DNA of 53,972 bases from Vicinamibacterales bacterium (GCA_036497895.1 DASXIR010000088.1:1-53972), one strand, 5' to 3'; counted from the first letter of the stretch, positions 1 to 8,403 are shown. Translations and numbers: made by a program. Notes: generated by a model not told the origin, from the letters alone.

Positions 1-141
1 CCGCAAGCCCTCGGCGTCGCGCACGGGCCTGGCGATTCGTTGCGCAGACGTTACATCGTCCGTCTCTTGCGCACCCTGACGGAGAGGGCACGCCGTGTCA
101 CGCCTGACACGGACGAGCATCGCTTGGCGCCGGCGAAGACA

Positions 142-840
142 TCACGCAGCCTGGCTGTTCTCGTCCCGTGTTTGCCGGGCGGCCTCGAGCTTTTCTGCAA
201 TGTGGAAGCGCTCCAGTTCGTCTTGCGCAAATGGGTACGGCGGATGCTCGCCACCGAAGACCAGTTGCTCGATCACATAAAACACGAGAGTCATGGCGAC
301 GATCGTGTACCCGATCGCGGCCAGCCATTCCCAGCCGCTGGCTAGGCCATGTTCTTGGATGTAGTAAACGTAGACCACACCCAACGGAAGCCAGCCAAAT
401 ACAGCCGTTGCAGCGCCAGGGCTATATAGAGATTTGATTTGATAGTTCACCAGGATGGCGTGCCCGATCACTTGGAGAATTGCCCCCACAATCATCGTTG
501 ACAAGCCAAGCCAGATCATGTCCGGGAAGAAGACCGGAAGAAGGTAGAACACATAGGCAAAAGCGACATTCGCTACCGCGGACGAAAGCTGGTTCAGCGG
601 CTTGAAATAGCGCGACATGGGTTCAAGGGGCATGAAGATCAAGTTCGCCACTGCTGGAAACCCACCTGGCCAGCTGTACTCCTCGAATTGATGCAGAAGA
701 ACCACGATGAAATTGAGAATGAGAATTCTCTGCAGGAATCCCAGGTCAGCCCAGGCGACTGCGAGGTAGATGCCCGCGACGGTCGCCGAGATCAGACCGA
801 CGTCGTGCCAATGCGACCTGAAGAGCTTAAACGGGGTCAT
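142..840 (-). CDS. HXXEE-domain integral membrane protein
   Basis: ORF 142..870 (-) is a multi-TM hydrophobic protein carrying HQFEE, the HxxEE-domain signature. I moved the start to the ATG at 840, which has AAGGAG 6 nt upstream on the minus strand. Confidence 0.6.
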   Translation of the reverse strand: MTPFKLFRSHWHDVGLISATVAGIYLAVAWADLGFLQRILILNFIVVLLHQFEEYSWPGGFPAVANLIFMPLEPMSRYFKPLNQLSSAVANVAFAYVFYLLPVFFPDMIWLGLSTMIVGAILQVIGHAILVNYQIKSLYSPGAATAVFGWLPLGVVYVYYIQEHGLASGWEWLAAIGYTIVAMTLVFYVIEQLVFGGEHPPYPFAQDELERFHIAEKLEAARQTRDENSQAA

Positions 841-896
841 TTGTTTCTCCTTTGTTGTCGAAGCCCTCACTTGTCCAGGCGAAAGCTCTTATGACC

Positions 897-3419
897 TCAA
901 CGCCGGGCGAGCAGCGCGGGCGTCGGCGCGCCTCGAGTGCGACCTGGTATGAACCGCCACGCGACAGACAACACACCGACAGACACGGCCGACGCCATGC
1001 CAGTGGAAGTTGGTAACGCAACTCTGACAAGATGTGCGATCGACGGCACCGAGATCATCGCCACCAGGCTGACGGCCGACGCGATCCACACCGTCCAGAA
1101 CACCGGCGTTCGCGGGAGGCGCGGCAGAGACCCCGGGAACGCGAGGCGCTCTGCAAACAGGAGTGTTTGGTAGCCGGCGAGGAGGGTGATCAGTGCCAGC
1201 GCGCGGGATTGTTGTTCACCGATGGCTTGTGCCTGCCACCAGTACATGGCGAACACGGCGGTGGCCAACAGCACGCCTGACGTCGACGATCGCACGACCG
1301 CTCCACGAGGCAACAACGACGCGGCCGGGTCGCGCGGTGGTCGCCTCATCACGGAAGCGGTTGCCCGCTCCGCCTGAAAGACCAGCGCCGATACCGGGTG
1401 CACGATCAACTCCAGCCAGACCAGATGGACCGGCAGCAGCACGAGGGGCATCCCGGCGAGCGGGGTGATGATCGCGAGCGCCACGATGGGTATGTGGAAT
1501 GCAATGAGGTAGAGAAACGCGCGCTGGACATTCTGCAGAATGTGCCGGCCTTCGCGGACCGTGGCCACCACGGAGGCGAAGTTGTCATCCAGGAGCACCA
1601 GATCGGCAATGGCGCGTGCGACATCGGTGCCGCGCTGGCCCATGGCGATGCCGATGTCCGCCCGACGCAACGCGGCCGCGTCGTTGACGCCGTCTCCCGT
1701 CATGGCCACGATGGCGCCCGTGCGCTTCAGCCCATCCACGATGAGGAACTTCTGTTCGGGACTGATGCGCGCAAAGATCGCGGCGCGGCGGATGCGCTGT
1801 TCACGTTCAGCTTCGCTGAGCGCGGTCAGCTCGTCTCCCGTGACAATGAGACCGTCGTCGTGAACAAGGCCCGCCGCATGCGCGACCGCGTGCGCGGTGA
1901 GGGCGTGATCGCCCGTGATCATGGTGACGCGGATGCCGGCTTCCTGACATTCACGGATGGCCGCGGGAACCTCTGGTCGCAGTGGATCTTGAAATCCGAG
2001 CAGACCGTATACGGCGAGGTCGCGTTCGTCCTCGTCACGCGTCAATCCGAGGCGGTCGGTACGTCTGCCGGCGACCGCCAACACGCGGAGCCCTCGCGAG
2101 GCGAGACGGTCGTTAGCCTCGAGCACTCGCGAGCGCATGGCGGGATCCATCCGGCTATGCGCCAACACGCCTTCGACGGCGCCTTTGGCGGCAATCAAGA
2201 ACAGGTCGTCGGCTGCCAGTGCGCGCCACACGTGCGACATGTGCTTCCCGATTGGATCGAAGTCGTAGTCGCGGACCAGCGTCCAGCGTGCGCCCACGGT
2301 TGCCAGCGAGACCTTGTGCTGCTCGGCATACGCGCCGATGGCCCGCTCCATCGCATCGACCGGATGTCGCTCGCACGCGAGGACCGCGGCCTCCAGGAAC
2401 TCACCATCCGAGAGCGCCGAGTCGAGCACGAGGTGTTCGGTCATTCGGAATTCGCCGCGCGTCAGCGTGCCCGTCTTGTCCGTGCAGATCACCGTCGTCG
2501 AACCTAGTGTCTCGACGCTCGCGAGCCGCCGAACCAATATCCCGTGCCTCGCCAGTCGCCACGCCCCGACGGACAGGAAGAGGGTGAGGACGATCGGAAA
2601 TTCCTCGGGGATGGCGGCCATCGCGAGACTGACCGCCCCCAGGAGCGACTCGGTCCACGAATCGCCGCGCGCCAGACTCAAAGGTACGAGTCCCACGGCC
2701 ACCAGGATCGCGACGCCGCCCAGACGGCGCGCGAGCTGCCCAGCGTAGCGCTGCAACGGACTCGCAGACGGGGCGGTGTGTGCCACCAGCGCCGCAATGC
2801 CGCCGTACTTGGTGCCCTGGCCGGTGGCGGTGACGCGGCCGAATCCGTGACCGGAGACGACCATCGATCCGGCAAAGAATCGCGCGTCCGGCGACGCGTC
2901 AGGGGCCTCCGAGGCGACACACTTTGATTGGGGTTCGGATTCACCCGTGAGCGACGACTCGTCGATGCTGAGATTCGCGCTCCACAGCGTCAGGCCGTCC
3001 GCGGCGACGGTGTGGCCTTCTCGCAGCACGAGCAGATCGCCCGGTACGAGCGCCTCAAGGGCGACGGCGTGCACGACGCCGTCGCGCACGACCTCTGCGA
3101 GCGGCGCCGCGGCCTGGGCCAGTTTGGCGAGCGCGGTACGTGATCGCGCTTCGAGGAGGACGTCCACGCCCAGCACGGGGATGAGCGCCAGCGCGAGCAC
3201 GACCGCATCCTGCGTGTCTCCGAGTACGACATAAATGACGGCCGCGATCACCAGCATCACAGCCATCGGGTCGAGCAGCAGTCGAAGCGCTTCGCGCAGC
3301 CATTCGAGGCGATCCCGCTCCACCCATCGGTTCGGACCGACCTCGGTCAAAAGGCGGGCGGCCTCGCGCTCAGACAACCCCAGCAAATCTGGCGGGATCG
3401 GCAGCTCCTGCGGATTCAT
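897..3419 (-). CDS. cation-translocating P-type ATPase (type II, Ca2+/Mg2+-like)
   Basis: ORF 897..3443 (-) has the DKTGTLT phosphorylation site, the TGDGVNDAAAL hinge and a PEEFP TM4 motif rather than a CPC heavy-metal motif. An N-terminal cation-ATPase-N segment (GLSEREAARLL) is present. The ATG at 3419 overlaps the upstream stop as TGATG. An alternative start lies at 3443. Confidence 0.9.
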   Translation of the reverse strand: MNPQELPIPPDLLGLSEREAARLLTEVGPNRWVERDRLEWLREALRLLLDPMAVMLVIAAVIYVVLGDTQDAVVLALALIPVLGVDVLLEARSRTALAKLAQAAAPLAEVVRDGVVHAVALEALVPGDLLVLREGHTVAADGLTLWSANLSIDESSLTGESEPQSKCVASEAPDASPDARFFAGSMVVSGHGFGRVTATGQGTKYGGIAALVAHTAPSASPLQRYAGQLARRLGGVAILVAVGLVPLSLARGDSWTESLLGAVSLAMAAIPEEFPIVLTLFLSVGAWRLARHGILVRRLASVETLGSTTVICTDKTGTLTRGEFRMTEHLVLDSALSDGEFLEAAVLACERHPVDAMERAIGAYAEQHKVSLATVGARWTLVRDYDFDPIGKHMSHVWRALAADDLFLIAAKGAVEGVLAHSRMDPAMRSRVLEANDRLASRGLRVLAVAGRRTDRLGLTRDEDERDLAVYGLLGFQDPLRPEVPAAIRECQEAGIRVTMITGDHALTAHAVAHAAGLVHDDGLIVTGDELTALSEAEREQRIRRAAIFARISPEQKFLIVDGLKRTGAIVAMTGDGVNDAAALRRADIGIAMGQRGTDVARAIADLVLLDDNFASVVATVREGRHILQNVQRAFLYLIAFHIPIVALAIITPLAGMPLVLLPVHLVWLELIVHPVSALVFQAERATASVMRRPPRDPAASLLPRGAVVRSSTSGVLLATAVFAMYWWQAQAIGEQQSRALALITLLAGYQTLLFAERLAFPGSLPRLPRTPVFWTVWIASAVSLVAMISVPSIAHLVRVALPTSTGMASAVSVGVLSVAWRFIPGRTRGAPTPALLARR

Positions 3420-4438
3420 CACATCGCCTGCTGCGTTGGCCACGATCTCTCCGATCGTTCAGAGCTCCCACGCGGGGTCAGGAGGGCGGCGGCGATGCCG
3501 ATCAGCACGGGACCCAGCAGCAGGCCCGACACACCGAAGGCCTGGACCCCGCCGAGTAATCCGATGAGGACGAACAGACCATTGAGCTTCGTGCCAGACC
3601 ACCCGTGTCTGTCTCTCAAGGCGATCACGACCAGTGCCATCTGTTCAGCGGCCGCAGCCGCGGCAATTTCGTCGGCGGGCGCTCCGCCGACGACGCGCAC
3701 GTCGGTGGCGACCCGTCGGCGAGCGGTCGTCGCGAGTCTATCGAGCCGCTGCTGCGCCTGGCTGACGCGAATGCGCTCGTGAGCGCTGACGGCGCCAGTC
3801 AGCCATGCAGGCGCCGCGACGGTGCTCACGACGTGCAGTAGTAGTAAGGACGCATTGAACCAGTGCGCGAGGGCCGCCTCAACCTCGATGTTCCCGGGCG
3901 ATTGGCTCTCGAGGTCCACCGCCGCGACGATGCGCTGTCCCGGCCAGAAGTCAGGGACTGGGGCCGCGGTCGCATCGCTCGGTCGAGGCACGGCCAGCAC
4001 TGGGACAGTGGTCCGCCGGAGGACGTTGAGCGCGGTCGATCCCAACAGGAGCCGATCAGCTCCGGTCAACCCACGCGTGCCGATCACCAGAAGGTCTGCG
4101 CTCGCCCGGCCCGCGATTCTGAGAATCTCGTTCGATGGTTGACCACCTCCAAGGCACGTGCGCGTCCGCGCAGATGGACGTCCGACCGTCTCGGTGACGA
4201 ATGCCTGCAGTTCCCTCTGACTGCATTCGGCGATGTGGCGGTCGTGTAGCGCGGCACCCGCGGCGGCGATCAGGAAGGGGCCGTTGACATACAGGACGGT
4301 GAGCGCGCCGTGCCCACGACGGGCAATCGCGTCGGCGTACCGCAACGCCAGTCGCGATTGTTCCGAGAAGTCGACCGGGCAGAGCACCGCTCGAAAGCCT
4401 CGCCACTCCTTACTCTGCGGGGCCGCCCTCGGTGTCAT
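3419..4438 (-). CDS. tandem universal stress protein (UspA family) with atypical hydrophobic C-terminal tail
   Basis: This lies within ORF 3419..4774 (-). It has two USP-like modules (AVLCPVDFSEQS...LLVIGTRGLTG...VPVLAV and IVAAVDLESQS...LLLLHVV). The start is set at the ATG at 4438 (MTPRAAP...), because the upstream 112 codons are Arg-rich and non-protein-like. The last ~45 aa are a Gly/Leu-rich hydrophobic segment. Confidence 0.65.
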   Translation of the reverse strand: MTPRAAPQSKEWRGFRAVLCPVDFSEQSRLALRYADAIARRGHGALTVLYVNGPFLIAAAGAALHDRHIAECSQRELQAFVTETVGRPSARTRTCLGGGQPSNEILRIAGRASADLLVIGTRGLTGADRLLLGSTALNVLRRTTVPVLAVPRPSDATAAPVPDFWPGQRIVAAVDLESQSPGNIEVEAALAHWFNASLLLLHVVSTVAAPAWLTGAVSAHERIRVSQAQQRLDRLATTARRRVATDVRVVGGAPADEIAAAAAAEQMALVVIALRDRHGWSGTKLNGLFVLIGLLGGVQAFGVSGLLLGPVLIGIAAALLTPRGSSERSERSWPTQQAM

Positions 4439-5055
4439 CTGTGGTGTCTCCGTATCGGCCGGCGTACGGGCTTGAAGCGAGATCGCCGGCGTCCTTCGAG
4501 TGGACTTAGTAACGCGTCCACCGCGCGCATCTCGAGTTGATCTCGCGCCCACATCGCATCGGTGATCGCGCGAACGACTCTGTTGTGGAGCGCCCGTTTT
4601 CGCGCCATGACACGTTGCCTCGCGGTCCAACGCCATCTGTGGCTTCAACAGGGTCGAACCGCACGCGTCGTGCCAATTGGGATCCCGTAGCCGCAGTGTG
4701 GAGTGCGGCCTTCTCTCTTGCGTTCCGCGGGTGATTTTTCGCGGTGACGACGAAAAACTCCCACCCTCGACCACGAGCTGTGGCGGGCGTGCGGCGCCTC
4801 CCTGAGAGTCATTGCCGGAATTTCGGCAGCGACACCAGCACGCTCGCAGTCACACAAGTCGTTCCGACATGGCGACTTTCCGTGTCAGTGGCGGAGAATT
4901 CGTTACCTCCGTCTTGATGTGGACGACACGGTCGTTCGGTTGATCCGGCAATCCGTTCAATGGAACTGGCAACGGCCCCTTACTCAGTGTGCATGTTGAG
5001 AATCGCCCGTCGGCGAACACTTGAAGGGGCACGGAACATGCTGCTATCTTGATCG

Positions 5056-5559
5056 ATGGCTCCAACCGCGCTGCCGATGCCTGCACGCCGGCCAAGCCGT
5101 CCGCTCACGGAGTTGATCGAGCGCGAAAGCCAGCGACGTCAGCGTCGACGGTTCGTCTGGTGGGGAGCAATCGCGCTCATTCCCGTTGTGGCTGCTGTTT
5201 TGTGGTTCGCACTGCGGCCGCGTCCAGTGCCATTCGCGGCACGATTTCGCGTGCAGCCTGTCGCCGAGGGTGATCTCGTGCGCGAGATTCGCGCGACCGG
5301 TCACGTCGAAGCCGTGACGACCGTGCAGGTGGGTGCCGAGATCTCCGGTCGCATCGCGACCGTCGACGTCGATTACAACGCGCGCGTCAGAAGCGGGCAG
5401 GTGCTGGCGCGGTTCGACCGCACGGCCCTGGCGGCGCAACTGGCGCAGACGGAGGCGATGCTCGCGGCGACGCCCGCCGCGCTCGAGCAGGCGCCACCGC
5501 GCGCGATCGTGATATCGCGGGCAAGACGGCACTCTTCACTCGAGCCCTCCAGAACATGA
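5056..5559 (+). pseudogene. truncated HlyD-family membrane-fusion (efflux adaptor) protein, N-terminal ~150 aa only
   Basis: A TM anchor is followed by the typical adaptor N-terminus (GDLVREIRATGHVEAVTTVQVGAEISGRIATVDVDYNARVRSGQVLARFD, then the start of the coiled coil). The reading frame ends at 167 aa, whereas family members are roughly 350-450 aa. No pump or ATPase partner follows. Confidence 0.55.
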
Positions 5560-5604
5560 AGATTCTCGCCGAGGGCGGCACGTTGCCGCCGCGTCAGGGA
5601 CGGG

Positions 5605-6303
5605 GTGCGAACCCGGGCCGTTGAGGTGCCGTCGTCGCTCGACGCACAGCTCCGGTTGTGGATCTATCGCCACTTTGTAGAGGTCTGTCGCGCGCCAAGC
5701 GTGATCGAGATCGCGAGTCGCTTTGGAATCACATCGAAAGAGGTCGAGGAGGTGCTCGGTCGTCTGGAGAAGGAAGCTGATGCCCTGGTCCTGATCCCAG
5801 GCACTCGCAACATCTGGATGGCCGAACCGTTCTCTGCGGTCCCCACCTCGTTCGTCGTGCGCTCCGGCAACCGCCAATGGTGGGGCAATTGCATTTGGGA
5901 TGGACTGGCCATCCTGGCTCTCCTCGGTCTTGACGGGACCGTGTCGACTGCGTGCCCGCAATCGGCTATGCCGCTGGCCGTAACGGTCGCTGATCGGACG
6001 TTGAAAGACGTTCAGGGCGTTGTCCACATTGCCGTTCCGGCAGCCGACTGGTGGTGCGACATTGGCTTCACTTGAGCCACGATGTCGCTCTTCCGGTCGG
6101 AAGAGGATGTCCACGCATGGTGCGAAGAACGTCAGAGGGCGGCGGGTGCGATCTTCGACGTCGCGACACTGTGGCGGCTGGCTGCTGTGTGGTACGACGA
6201 TCGCCTTGACCTCAACTGGAAGCGCCGGACGATCGGCGAGCGTCAAGCCATTCTTGACGCCGTCGGCCTCAGCGGCCCGTTTTGGCGCTTGACCTCGTCG
6301 TAG
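5605..6303 (+). CDS. MerB-like (alkylmercury lyase family) protein, read through an in-frame TGA at 6073-6075 (candidate selenocysteine)
   Basis: ORFs 5605..6075 and 6082..6303 share one frame and are separated only by TGA plus 2 codons. The joined product matches MerB blocks: NCIWDGLAILALLG (Cys96/Asp99 block), VSTAC (Cys117 block) and FT-TGA-ATMSLFRSEEDVHAW (Cys159/160-FFAS...W block). The start is uncertain (GTG 5605 or GTG 5623). Confidence 0.6.
6081..6111 (+). promoter_or_regulatory. putative bacterial SECIS-like hairpin downstream of the in-frame UGA
   Basis: The upper stem CUCUUCC (6088-6094) pairs with GGAAGAG (6099-6105) around the tetraloop GGUC (6095-6098). G6087 is bulged. The lower helix GAUGUC (6081-6086) pairs with GAUGUC (6106-6111) using two G-U pairs. 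The hairpin begins 5 nt after the UGA, and the loop starts 19 nt after it. Confidence 0.45.
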
Positions 6304-6327
6304 CGATTGACCAATGAGAGGATCAGC

Positions 6328-7572
6328 ATGTTCACAAAGACTGTCGTGTGTATCGCCGCCACGATCGCCGCGCTCTGCGCGTCGGCGTCAACGTTCGCGC
6401 AGTCTCCACCCGCAGCCGCGACGAGCCGTAGCGACGCGATCGTGCCATTCAAGATCCAGGTGCCGGATGCCGTGCTGCGGGATCTGAAAACGCGGCTGAA
6501 GAACACGCGCCTGGCGGAGCCGATTCCGAACACCGGCTGGGACTACGGGACAGACGCGACCTACCTGCGTTCGTTGGTCGATTACTGGCGCGACCGCTAC
6601 GACTGGCGCGCGCAGGAGCGCAAGCTCAACGAGTTGCCGCAGTTCAAGACGACGATCGACGGCCTCGAGATCCATTTCGTTCACATCAAGTCGAAGGAGC
6701 CCCACGCGCTTCCGCTCGCGATGACGCATGGATGGCCGGGGTCGTTCTTCGAATTCACGAAGGTTGTCGGACCGCTCACCGATCCTGTGAAATACGGCGG
6801 CCGCGCCGAAGACGCCTTCGACGTCGTGGCGATCTCGCTGCCCGGTTTTGGTTTTTCCGGCAAGCCGCAGGAGCGCGGTTACAGCCCGGAGAAGATGGGC
6901 GCGATCATCGCCACACTCATGGCTCGCCTCGGATATACGCGATACGGGCTGCAAGGCGGAGACTGGGGCGGCATCATCAGTCGCCTGGTCGCGATCGACG
7001 ATGCCCCGCATGTTGCGGGGTTGCACCTGAACTTCTGTCTCGCCGGGCCGCCGCCGGGAGGAGCGCCGATGGACGGCGTGCCTGCCGACGAGGTGCAGCG
7101 TTACCAGACGCGCGAGACCTACATGGCGAACGAGCGCGCCTATCAGCAGATTCAGGGCACCAAGCCGCAGACGCTCGGCTTCCTGCTGGACGATTCTCCG
7201 GCAGGCCTGGCGGCGTGGATCGTCGAGAAGTTTCACGCGTGGTGCGATTGCGGCGACAACATCGAGAGCCGCTTCAGCAAGGACGATCTGCTGACGGACG
7301 TGATGGTCTACTGGGTCACCCGCACGGGGTCATCGTCTACACGCATCTATTTTGAAAATCGCGTTGCCCGGCCAAACCCGGCGCGCGTCACCGTGCCTAC
7401 CGGGTGCGCGCTATTCCCGAAGGAGATTTCGGTGCCGCCCCGGAAGTGGGTGGAAGCGCGCTACAACCTGGTGCACTGGACGGTGATGCCGCGTGGCGGT
7501 CATTTCGCGGCGCTGGAGCAACCGGAACTACTGGTCGCCGACGTTCGCGACTTTTTCAAAGGACTGCGTTAG
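6328..7572 (+). CDS. epoxide hydrolase family protein (EHN N-terminal domain + alpha/beta hydrolase), signal peptide
   Basis: ORF 6307..7572. The ATG at 6328 follows GAGAGGA. The N-terminus is hydrophobic (MFTKTVVCIAATIAALCASAST). An EHN-type N-terminal domain and the HGWPGS motif are present. Confidence 0.85.
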   Translation: MFTKTVVCIAATIAALCASASTFAQSPPAAATSRSDAIVPFKIQVPDAVLRDLKTRLKNTRLAEPIPNTGWDYGTDATYLRSLVDYWRDRYDWRAQERKLNELPQFKTTIDGLEIHFVHIKSKEPHALPLAMTHGWPGSFFEFTKVVGPLTDPVKYGGRAEDAFDVVAISLPGFGFSGKPQERGYSPEKMGAIIATLMARLGYTRYGLQGGDWGGIISRLVAIDDAPHVAGLHLNFCLAGPPPGGAPMDGVPADEVQRYQTRETYMANERAYQQIQGTKPQTLGFLLDDSPAGLAAWIVEKFHAWCDCGDNIESRFSKDDLLTDVMVYWVTRTGSSSTRIYFENRVARPNPARVTVPTGCALFPKEISVPPRKWVEARYNLVHWTVMPRGGHFAALEQPELLVADVRDFFKGLR

Positions 7573-7619
7573 AAGAGCCCGCTCGCCGAGACTGTCGGCG
7601 GATTCGCGCAGCAGCTTCG

Positions 7620-7880
7620 TTAGGCATTGCTCAGCGTGTCGGATATCCGTAACTTGATGAAGGCCTGACGCGTGACACCGATGCGTCGGGCTTCTTGATC
7701 GATCGCGCGCAGCAGGTCGACGGGGAAGTCGACGTTGACACGCTGGACTTCGCGGCCCGGACGACGAGCCTTCGACCAATCGACATAGGGAGCCATGTTC
7801 CCGGTGGGATCGTCGACCTGTAGGTCGGCGAGGCGGTCGAACTCTTCAGCCGTGATCATCTTCGGCTGATCCTTCTTCAT
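7620..7880 (-). CDS. brnA: BrnA-family antitoxin (CopG/RHH-like)
   Basis: The C-terminus VNVDFPVDLLRAIDQEARRIGVTRQAFIKLRISDTL is typical of BrnA. ORF 7620..7940 overlaps brnT by 95 nt, so I chose the internal ATG at 7880. Another candidate start is 7859. Confidence 0.7.
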   Translation of the reverse strand: MKKDQPKMITAEEFDRLADLQVDDPTGNMAPYVDWSKARRPGREVQRVNVDFPVDLLRAIDQEARRIGVTRQAFIKLRISDTLSNA

Positions 7881-8133
7881 ACTGCGCTTTCTCGTCCGGG
7901 CGTGCACGGCGGACCGAGATGATGCGGATTGTTTCTTCATGGCGATATGTCACCGTCGCGGTCCACGTTATCCCGCCGATCTGACCCACGATCTGAAAAC
8001 GAGGCTCGTCGATCGACCGCCCTGGGCCTTCAATGCGGTCCGGGTCCAGCCATAAGGCCTGCGCCTCCACGAAATCGATGCCGTGTTTCGCTTTGTTCAC
8101 AGCAGACTTAGCGGCATCGAACTCAAACCGCAT
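7846..8133 (-). CDS. brnT: BrnT-family toxin (DUF497 ribonuclease)
   Basis: The sequence MRFEFDAAKSAVNKAKHGIDFVEAQALW...IRIISVRRARPDEKAQY matches the BrnT/DUF497 pattern. The gene lies upstream of its antitoxin and overlaps it. Confidence 0.8.
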   Translation of the reverse strand: MRFEFDAAKSAVNKAKHGIDFVEAQALWLDPDRIEGPGRSIDEPRFQIVGQIGGITWTATVTYRHEETIRIISVRRARPDEKAQYEEGSAEDDHG

Positions 8134-8134
8134 C

Positions 8135-8153
8135 TGGTATATAAACTATACCA
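8135..8153. promoter_or_regulatory. perfect inverted repeat TGGTATA-N5-TATACCA immediately upstream of brnT (possible operator)
   Basis: Read directly from the sequence: tggtata taaac tatacca. It sits in an AT-rich patch 2 nt from the brnT start codon. Confidence 0.3.
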
Positions 8154-8403
8154 TAATAGCGCGCCTTGATGGCTCCGTGCCGGCTTGGTCTTGATCCCAG
8201 CAATCGAAGCAGACGGTCAGCGGAGGATAAAAATGCACAGGCTCTATGCAAGCCGCCCGCGGAATGTCGAGGCAGATTTGCTGGGGATTCTAGACCCGCT
8301 GGGCGCCGCGAAACCGCCACCAAACAGACACCAGCTCTATCTAGAACCCTTCCAGATGGTGGCGGTCGCCGCGCTTACTCTCGATTAATCAGATGGTTAG
8401 GCG

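Noticed and set aside
94-109. A small palindrome GTGTCA-cgcc-TGACAC downstream of the HXXEE gene, and a similar 6-bp hairpin at 7584-7600 (CGCCGA-gactg-TCGGCG) between the convergent epoxide hydrolase and brnA genes.
   Set aside because: The stems are only 6 bp and no U-tract follows. They are too weak to call as terminators without 3'-end data.
1398-2507. Long ORFs antisense to, or out of frame with, clearly identified genes. Examples: 1398..2507 (+), 5536..6246 (-), 6388..7236 (-), 8397..9305 (-), 10012..11304 (-), 10512..11975 (+), 16516..17559 (-), 17785..18897 (-), 19401..21281 (-), 24382..25479 (+), 24692..25990 (-), 25561..26937 (+), 31672..32883 (+), 34516..35781 (+), 37887..38915 (-), 47251..48504 (+), 49095..50306 (-), 50230..51738 (-), 53082..53891 (-).
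   Set aside because: Their translations are Arg/Gly/Pro/Ala/His-rich with no motifs, as expected for shadow frames in high-GC DNA. Each overlaps a gene with strong family signatures on the other strand or frame.
897-3419. A possible functional link between the P-type ATPase and the MerB-like gene, i.e. a mercury or heavy-metal resistance island.
   Set aside because: The ATPase has a PEEFP (type II) TM4 motif, no CPC/CPH motif and no N-terminal metal-binding CxxC domain. No merR, merA, merT or merP is visible. The two genes are separated by unrelated genes.
4439-4774. The N-terminal 112 codons of ORF 3419..4774, upstream of the USP domains.
   Set aside because: The sequence is Arg/Thr/Pro-rich with no domain content. 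The first USP module starts right after the ATG at 4438.
4850-5095. An 81-aa ORF on the minus strand in the lower-GC gap upstream of the HlyD fragment.
   Set aside because: I recognise no family. It overlaps the start of the adaptor fragment and has no RBS or promoter I could identify. The region may still hold a regulatory element or a gene remnant.
6073-6075. Treating the TGA in the MerB-like gene as a simple nonsense mutation, giving a pseudogene or two separate genes (5605..6075 and 6082..6303).
   Set aside because: This is not fully rejected and remains the null hypothesis. I consider it less likely for three reasons. The stop is the only lesion in an otherwise intact frame. It falls on the catalytic Cys column. 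It is followed by a GGUC-loop hairpin at SECIS spacing. Resolving it needs genome-level evidence for Sec machinery.
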